DNA from: Gemmatimonadaceae bacterium
GTDB lineage: Bacteria; Gemmatimonadota; Gemmatimonadetes; Gemmatimonadales; Gemmatimonadaceae
Assembly (NCBI GenBank): GCA_035936715.1
Contig: DASYVU010000194.1
Span: 223 to 64,222, forward strand
Reading direction: 5' to 3'
DNA length: 64,000 nt
Below the pieces are notes generated by a model, which worked only from the letters and a program-made list of their open reading frames with translations, had not been told where the DNA came from and searched no databases. The position numbers were made by a program, and so were the translations under genes. Below are positions 60,067 through 64,000 of this stretch, one piece after another (positions within the stretch are counted from its first letter, which is position 1; each line of letters starts with the position of its first letter).

Positions 60067-60792
60067 CTATTGTCTGGTCGCGCGAGGAATGACGAAGGAA
60101 ACGCCCAGCTGCCAGAGGACGAGATCCGTTTTGCTGCTGCGCGGGTTGAGGGTAATGGTCCCGTCGGGATTGTCGGTGATGTCTCCCTTTCTCAGATACG
60201 TGGCGTGAGCACCGTAGTGGTATCTCGCACCAAGATTGAGCGCTCCCATTGACTGTCCGAACGGAATCATCAATCCGCCACCAAACACCCACGCATGCGA
60301 CCAATCGTCGTAGTTGGTCGTACTAGCGGCGGGGTAGGAATTATCGGTTCCCGAGAGAGAGGACTCGGTCCAGAAGTAGGTTGTCGCTATCGCCGCGTTG
60401 GCGTAGGGACGGAACCATCCGTCCGGGACCTGAAGCTGCGCGCCGATCGCGCCGAATCCGATGCGATTGTCGGTCTCGAGATCGAGTGACACGCGTCCCG
60501 TGTTGGGGAAGTTGATCCGCTGCCGCTCGCGCCCGTACTGGACGCCGCCAACATCAGCGCGGATGTTGAAATAGCCCTTGGGATCGAGCCGGAACATTCC
60601 CGTCAGATCGAATCCGTAGCCGTTTGGAACGTTGTTCGCGAACTCGCCCTTCGGTTGTGAAATGGCGAGACTGCCGCCGAGCGAAAAGCGCGAAGGGAGC
60701 TGGGTGGAGTTGTAGACGATTTGTGCATCGACAACAGAGGCCGATGCCAGAATACAAGCAGTGCTCAGTACCAACATTGCTTTGGACTGCAT
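60067..60792 (-). CDS. Outer-membrane beta-barrel protein
   Basis: Signal peptide, amphipathic strands, A.YL..GDI..NPDG and QLGVSF. Confidence 0.75.
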   Translation of the reverse strand: MQSKAMLVLSTACILASASVVDAQIVYNSTQLPSRFSLGGSLAISQPKGEFANNVPNGYGFDLTGMFRLDPKGYFNIRADVGGVQYGRERQRINFPNTGRVSLDLETDNRIGFGAIGAQLQVPDGWFRPYANAAIATTYFWTESSLSGTDNSYPAASTTNYDDWSHAWVFGGGLMIPFGQSMGALNLGARYHYGAHATYLRKGDITDNPDGTITLNPRSSKTDLVLWQLGVSFVIPRATRQ

Positions 60793-60946
60793 AGTTTCTC
60801 TCCCTCTGGTTGGAACCAGTATTGGCACGGACGGTGCCCCGATCCATAGCCAACGCTATATCATTTTACGGTAAGAGCTTATAACGAGTTTCAGGTCGTC
60901 TGAAACAGGTTTATTGCCCTCTCGTCGTGACACCCCGCGTCCCTCG

Positions 60947-61729
60947 ATGATGACACCTGCAGAGCTGTTCACTCCCGCGTTGCGAGTCCAGGGACTTCGC
61001 AAAGCGTACAGCGACGTCGTCGCCGTCGACGGCCTGGACCTCCAGGTCGACGCTGGAGAATGCTTTGGGCTGCTCGGTCCCAATGGCGCCGGAAAAACGA
61101 CGACGATCGAGATATGCGAGGGACTTCTGGCCGCTGATTCGGGGGATGTCGAAGTACTGGGCAGACGGTGGGAGACTGACGAGAAGGATTTACGCGAGCT
61201 GCTTGGAATCCAGCTTCAGGACACACAGCTCTCCGAGAAGCTGACGGTCGACGAGACGCTCACGCTCTTTCAGAGCTTCTATCGCGACGCCCGCGATATC
61301 GCCGAAGTGATAGATCATGTCGAGCTTGGCGAGAAGCGCCATTCGCGCGTCGGTGGACTGTCGGGGGGGCAGAAGCAACGCCTCGCCATCGCCTGCGCAC
61401 TGGTCGGTAACCCGCAGCTGCTCTTTCTCGACGAGCCGACGACGGGACTCGATCCCGTCTCGCGCCGCCAGCTCTGGGAGCTGATCTCAAAATTCCAGGC
61501 GGAAGGAAAGACGATCGTTCTCACGACGCACTACATGGAAGAGGCGGAGCGGCTGTGCGATCGCGTGGCAATCGTGGATCACGGCAAAGTGATAGCGATG
61601 GGCACGCCGCGCGAGCTGATAGAGTCCGTGGACATCTCTCACCTACCGCCGCCAGAGCCGAGGGAGACTTCGGCAACTTTGGAAGACGTGTTCGTGTCAC
61701 TCACGGGCAGGGCGTTGCACGATGAGTGA
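60947..61729 (+). CDS. ABC-2 exporter ATP-binding protein
   Basis: GPNGAGKTT, LSGGQKQR, LDEPTTGLDP and TTHYMEEAE. Confidence 0.93.
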   Translation: MMTPAELFTPALRVQGLRKAYSDVVAVDGLDLQVDAGECFGLLGPNGAGKTTTIEICEGLLAADSGDVEVLGRRWETDEKDLRELLGIQLQDTQLSEKLTVDETLTLFQSFYRDARDIAEVIDHVELGEKRHSRVGGLSGGQKQRLAIACALVGNPQLLFLDEPTTGLDPVSRRQLWELISKFQAEGKTIVLTTHYMEEAERLCDRVAIVDHGKVIAMGTPRELIESVDISHLPPPEPRETSATLEDVFVSLTGRALHDE

Positions 61730-62840
61730 GCGAATCCCGTTTCCGATCACCGAGGAGATGGCGCGAGCGCAGCTAAAGCCTATGCCCCGGCGAAGCTTTA
61801 TTAAGAGGTCGATGGTGCAACTCACCCTCGTCCGGTTCCGCGAGTTCATTCGCGAGCCGGAGGCTGTTTTCTGGACTTTCGTCTTCCCGATCCTGCTCGC
61901 GGCGGGATTGGGCATCGCATTCAGACAGCGTGGGCCGGACAAGGTCCAGATCGGCGTCGTTACGAGCGCGCCCGGCAGTGCCGCGGTAGTTCAATCTCTC
62001 ACGAAGGATTCCACCGTCGTGGTCACGACCTATGACGACAGCGCCGCCGCCCTGGCCCTTCGCACTGGGAAAGTTGCGCTCCTTGTCGTCCCGGGATCCG
62101 CGAAGGACAGCGTTCGCTACGTCTACGATCGGGGGCGAAGCGACGCGGTGAGCGCACGCGTTCTCGTTGATCGTGCCGTACAGTCTGGGGCGGGCCGAGT
62201 TGATCCGGTTCGCGTGTCCGACAGTTACGTCACCGAAGCGGGCTCGCGCTACATCGACTTCCTCATCCCCGGCTTGCTCGGCATGAATCTCATGGGGAGC
62301 AGCATCTGGGGACTGGGATTCGCCATCGTGACGGCGCGTAGCAAGAAGCTGCTCAAGCGTTTGATGGCAACGCCAATGTCTCGCGTGCAGTATCTGCTTT
62401 CGTTTCTGTGCTCGCGACTGGTTTTTCTGATTCTGGAAGTCGGGACTCTACTTGGCTTCGGACACTGGGCGTTTGGCGTTCCGCTTCGCGGGTCGCTCGT
62501 CACGTTGTTTCTGATAGCGCTGCTCGGAGCAGTCTCCTTTGGCGGGTTGGGGCTTCTCACCGCCTCGCGTGCTCGCACCACGGAAGCCGTATCAGGTATC
62601 ATGAATTTCATCATGCTGCCGATGTGGATCTTCTCCGGAGTGTTCTTCTCATCCTCGAATTTCCCGAGTGCGGTGCAGCCTTTCATCAAACTGCTGCCGC
62701 TCACTGCACTGAATGATGCGCTGCGCGCCAACATGCTCGAGGGAGCGTCGTTCGCCGCGGTCAGTCCACAGATACTGGTCATACTCGTCTGGGGCGTCGT
62801 CACCTTTGTCGCTGCGCTCAAGCTGTTCCGCTGGCGCTGA
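61722..62840 (+). CDS. ABC-2 exporter permease
   Basis: REPEA.FW.F.FP, RYIDFL.PG, LKRL.ATP and SGVFF. Confidence 0.9.
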   Translation: MSERIPFPITEEMARAQLKPMPRRSFIKRSMVQLTLVRFREFIREPEAVFWTFVFPILLAAGLGIAFRQRGPDKVQIGVVTSAPGSAAVVQSLTKDSTVVVTTYDDSAAALALRTGKVALLVVPGSAKDSVRYVYDRGRSDAVSARVLVDRAVQSGAGRVDPVRVSDSYVTEAGSRYIDFLIPGLLGMNLMGSSIWGLGFAIVTARSKKLLKRLMATPMSRVQYLLSFLCSRLVFLILEVGTLLGFGHWAFGVPLRGSLVTLFLIALLGAVSFGGLGLLTASRARTTEAVSGIMNFIMLPMWIFSGVFFSSSNFPSAVQPFIKLLPLTALNDALRANMLEGASFAAVSPQILVILVWGVVTFVAALKLFRWR

Positions 62841-63292
62841 TGAGCGATTCCGCTCCTGTAGCCGCCGAGAATCTTCTTCAGGTCAGCGACGCTCTTTCAA
62901 TTCCCCGCGGTGAGCTCGACGTGCGGGTGTCACGCTCTTCCGGCGCCGGCGGGCAGCACGTGAACAAGACATCCTCTCGTGTAGAGATCTTCTGGAACGT
63001 TCGTGGCTCGCGCGCGCTCAGCGAAGACCAGCGCGCGCGCTTGCTCGACCGGCTTGCATCGCGGCTCACTACAGAAGGAAGCGTACGGATAGTTGCCAGC
63101 GACATGCGGAGCCAGAGCAGGAACCGCGATCTCGCGGAAGAGAAGCTCGCGGATCTCGTTCGTCGTGCGTTGGTGATTCCGAAGAAGAGGCGACCAACTC
63201 GACCCACAAAAGCGTCCAAGGAGGCACGCCTCGAGGGAAAGAAGCGGCGGTCGCACACGAAGCGCGAGCGCCAGAATAAATCGTTCGATTAG
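62840..63292 (+). CDS. arfB: Alternative ribosome-rescue peptidyl-tRNA hydrolase
   Basis: GGQHVNK, RSQ..NR and basic tail R.PT.PT..S...RL..KK. Confidence 0.93.
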   Translation: MSDSAPVAAENLLQVSDALSIPRGELDVRVSRSSGAGGQHVNKTSSRVEIFWNVRGSRALSEDQRARLLDRLASRLTTEGSVRIVASDMRSQSRNRDLAEEKLADLVRRALVIPKKRRPTRPTKASKEARLEGKKRRSHTKRERQNKSFD

Positions 63293-63337
63293 ATTCTCCG
63301 TCATTCCTGCCGCCACCCGACCCATTTTCATCCCCGA

Positions 63338-64000
63338 GTGACTGAGAAACGCGCCTCGCGCGCGCAGATAATCGCTGCGTTCGCGTCGATTTACATCATC
63401 TGGGGCTCGACGTATCTCGCGATCCGATATGCGATCGAGACGATGCCGCCGTTCATCATGGGCGGTGTGCGTTTTCTCGTCTCGGGTGCCCTTCTGTACA
63501 TCTGGGCGCGATACCGCGGCGCGCCCAGGCCGACCAGGCTGCATTGGCCCAACGCAATCATCGCCGGCGGCTTTCTTCTGCTCGGTGGAAACGGCGCCGT
63601 CGTCTGGGCCGAGCAGTTCGTTCCCTCGGGACTCACGGCTCTGCTCGTCTCGATCCTTCCGTTCTGGCTCGTGATCATCGAGTGGGTGAGACCGCCGCGG
63701 AGGCGTCCGAGCGGTGCCGTGTTCGTCGGGCTGGTGCTGGGTTTCATCGGAATAATCGTCCTCGTCGGCCCGGGAAACGTCGGCGGACATGGCGATGTCC
63801 GACCGCTTGCTGCACTGGTGCTGATACTCGGCTCGCTCTCCTGGGCGATCGGATCGTTCTGGTCGCGCGATGCGAACCTGCCGGATTCGGGACTTCTCAC
63901 TACAGGCATGGAGATGCTCGGCGGCGGCGTGATGCTGCTGATCGTCGGAGTGTTGAGTGGCGAGCTCTCTCATTTCGACGTTCACCGCGTGTCGCACGCA
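63338..64000 (+). CDS. EamA/DMT permease (YedA-like), runs off the window end (not in ORF track)
   Basis: GTG start; AAFASIYIIWGSTYLAIR, PPF..GG.RF and GGNG.V.WAEQ.VPSG. Confidence 0.88.
   Translation, partial: MTEKRASRAQIIAAFASIYIIWGSTYLAIRYAIETMPPFIMGGVRFLVSGALLYIWARYRGAPRPTRLHWPNAIIAGGFLLLGGNGAVVWAEQFVPSGLTALLVSILPFWLVIIEWVRPPRRRPSGAVFVGLVLGFIGIIVLVGPGNVGGHGDVRPLAALVLILGSLSWAIGSFWSRDANLPDSGLLTTGMEMLGGGVMLLIVGVLSGELSHFDVHRVSHA

Noticed and set aside
60823-60837. TGGCACG-N4-GTGC sigma-54-like -24/-12 sequence
   Set aside because: The -12 element deviates from TTGC and the site is also a simple GGCAC/GTGCC palindrome; cannot be distinguished from chance
60947-61729. ABC ATPase seems to lack the usual C-terminal extension before ATLEDVF
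   Set aside because: All catalytic motifs are intact and short ABC-2 ATPases are common; no evidence of a lesion
62930-63997. 355-aa minus-strand ORF
   Set aside because: Shadow of arfB and the YedA-like permease on the plus strand

Overview
GC-rich, gene-dense bacterial chromosome segment. Gene content and style suggest Gemmatimonadota, which is an inference and not a database result. About 73 CDS were called, with no rRNA, tRNA, CRISPR array, integrase or transposase recognised. Main blocks are: queG; a larC-larE-larB nickel-pincer cofactor operon with no larA in the window; a SufR-like regulator divergent from a di-heme cytochrome c lipoprotein; a FecA-like TonB receptor; an ECF sigma/anti-sigma/PDZ operon; rnd; thiC with a TPP riboswitch; a divergent Suf system (sufBCD versus Rieske-sufS-sufU); a PaaK-like ligase plus MMPL exporter pair; two ABC-2 exporters; bacilliredoxin; lepB; a SWIB protein; nfo; P5C dehydrogenase; arfB. 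The most notable signal is one the ORF track misses. The small membrane-protein gene at 37287-37649 reads through an in-frame TGA (37488-37490), and a perfect 7-bp hairpin with a GGTCA loop begins 11 nt after it. This is the geometry of a bacterial SECIS element and points to an uncharacterised membrane selenoprotein. Also notable are long rod-like hairpins on both sides of the bacilliredoxin gene and two genes with apparent internal deletions.
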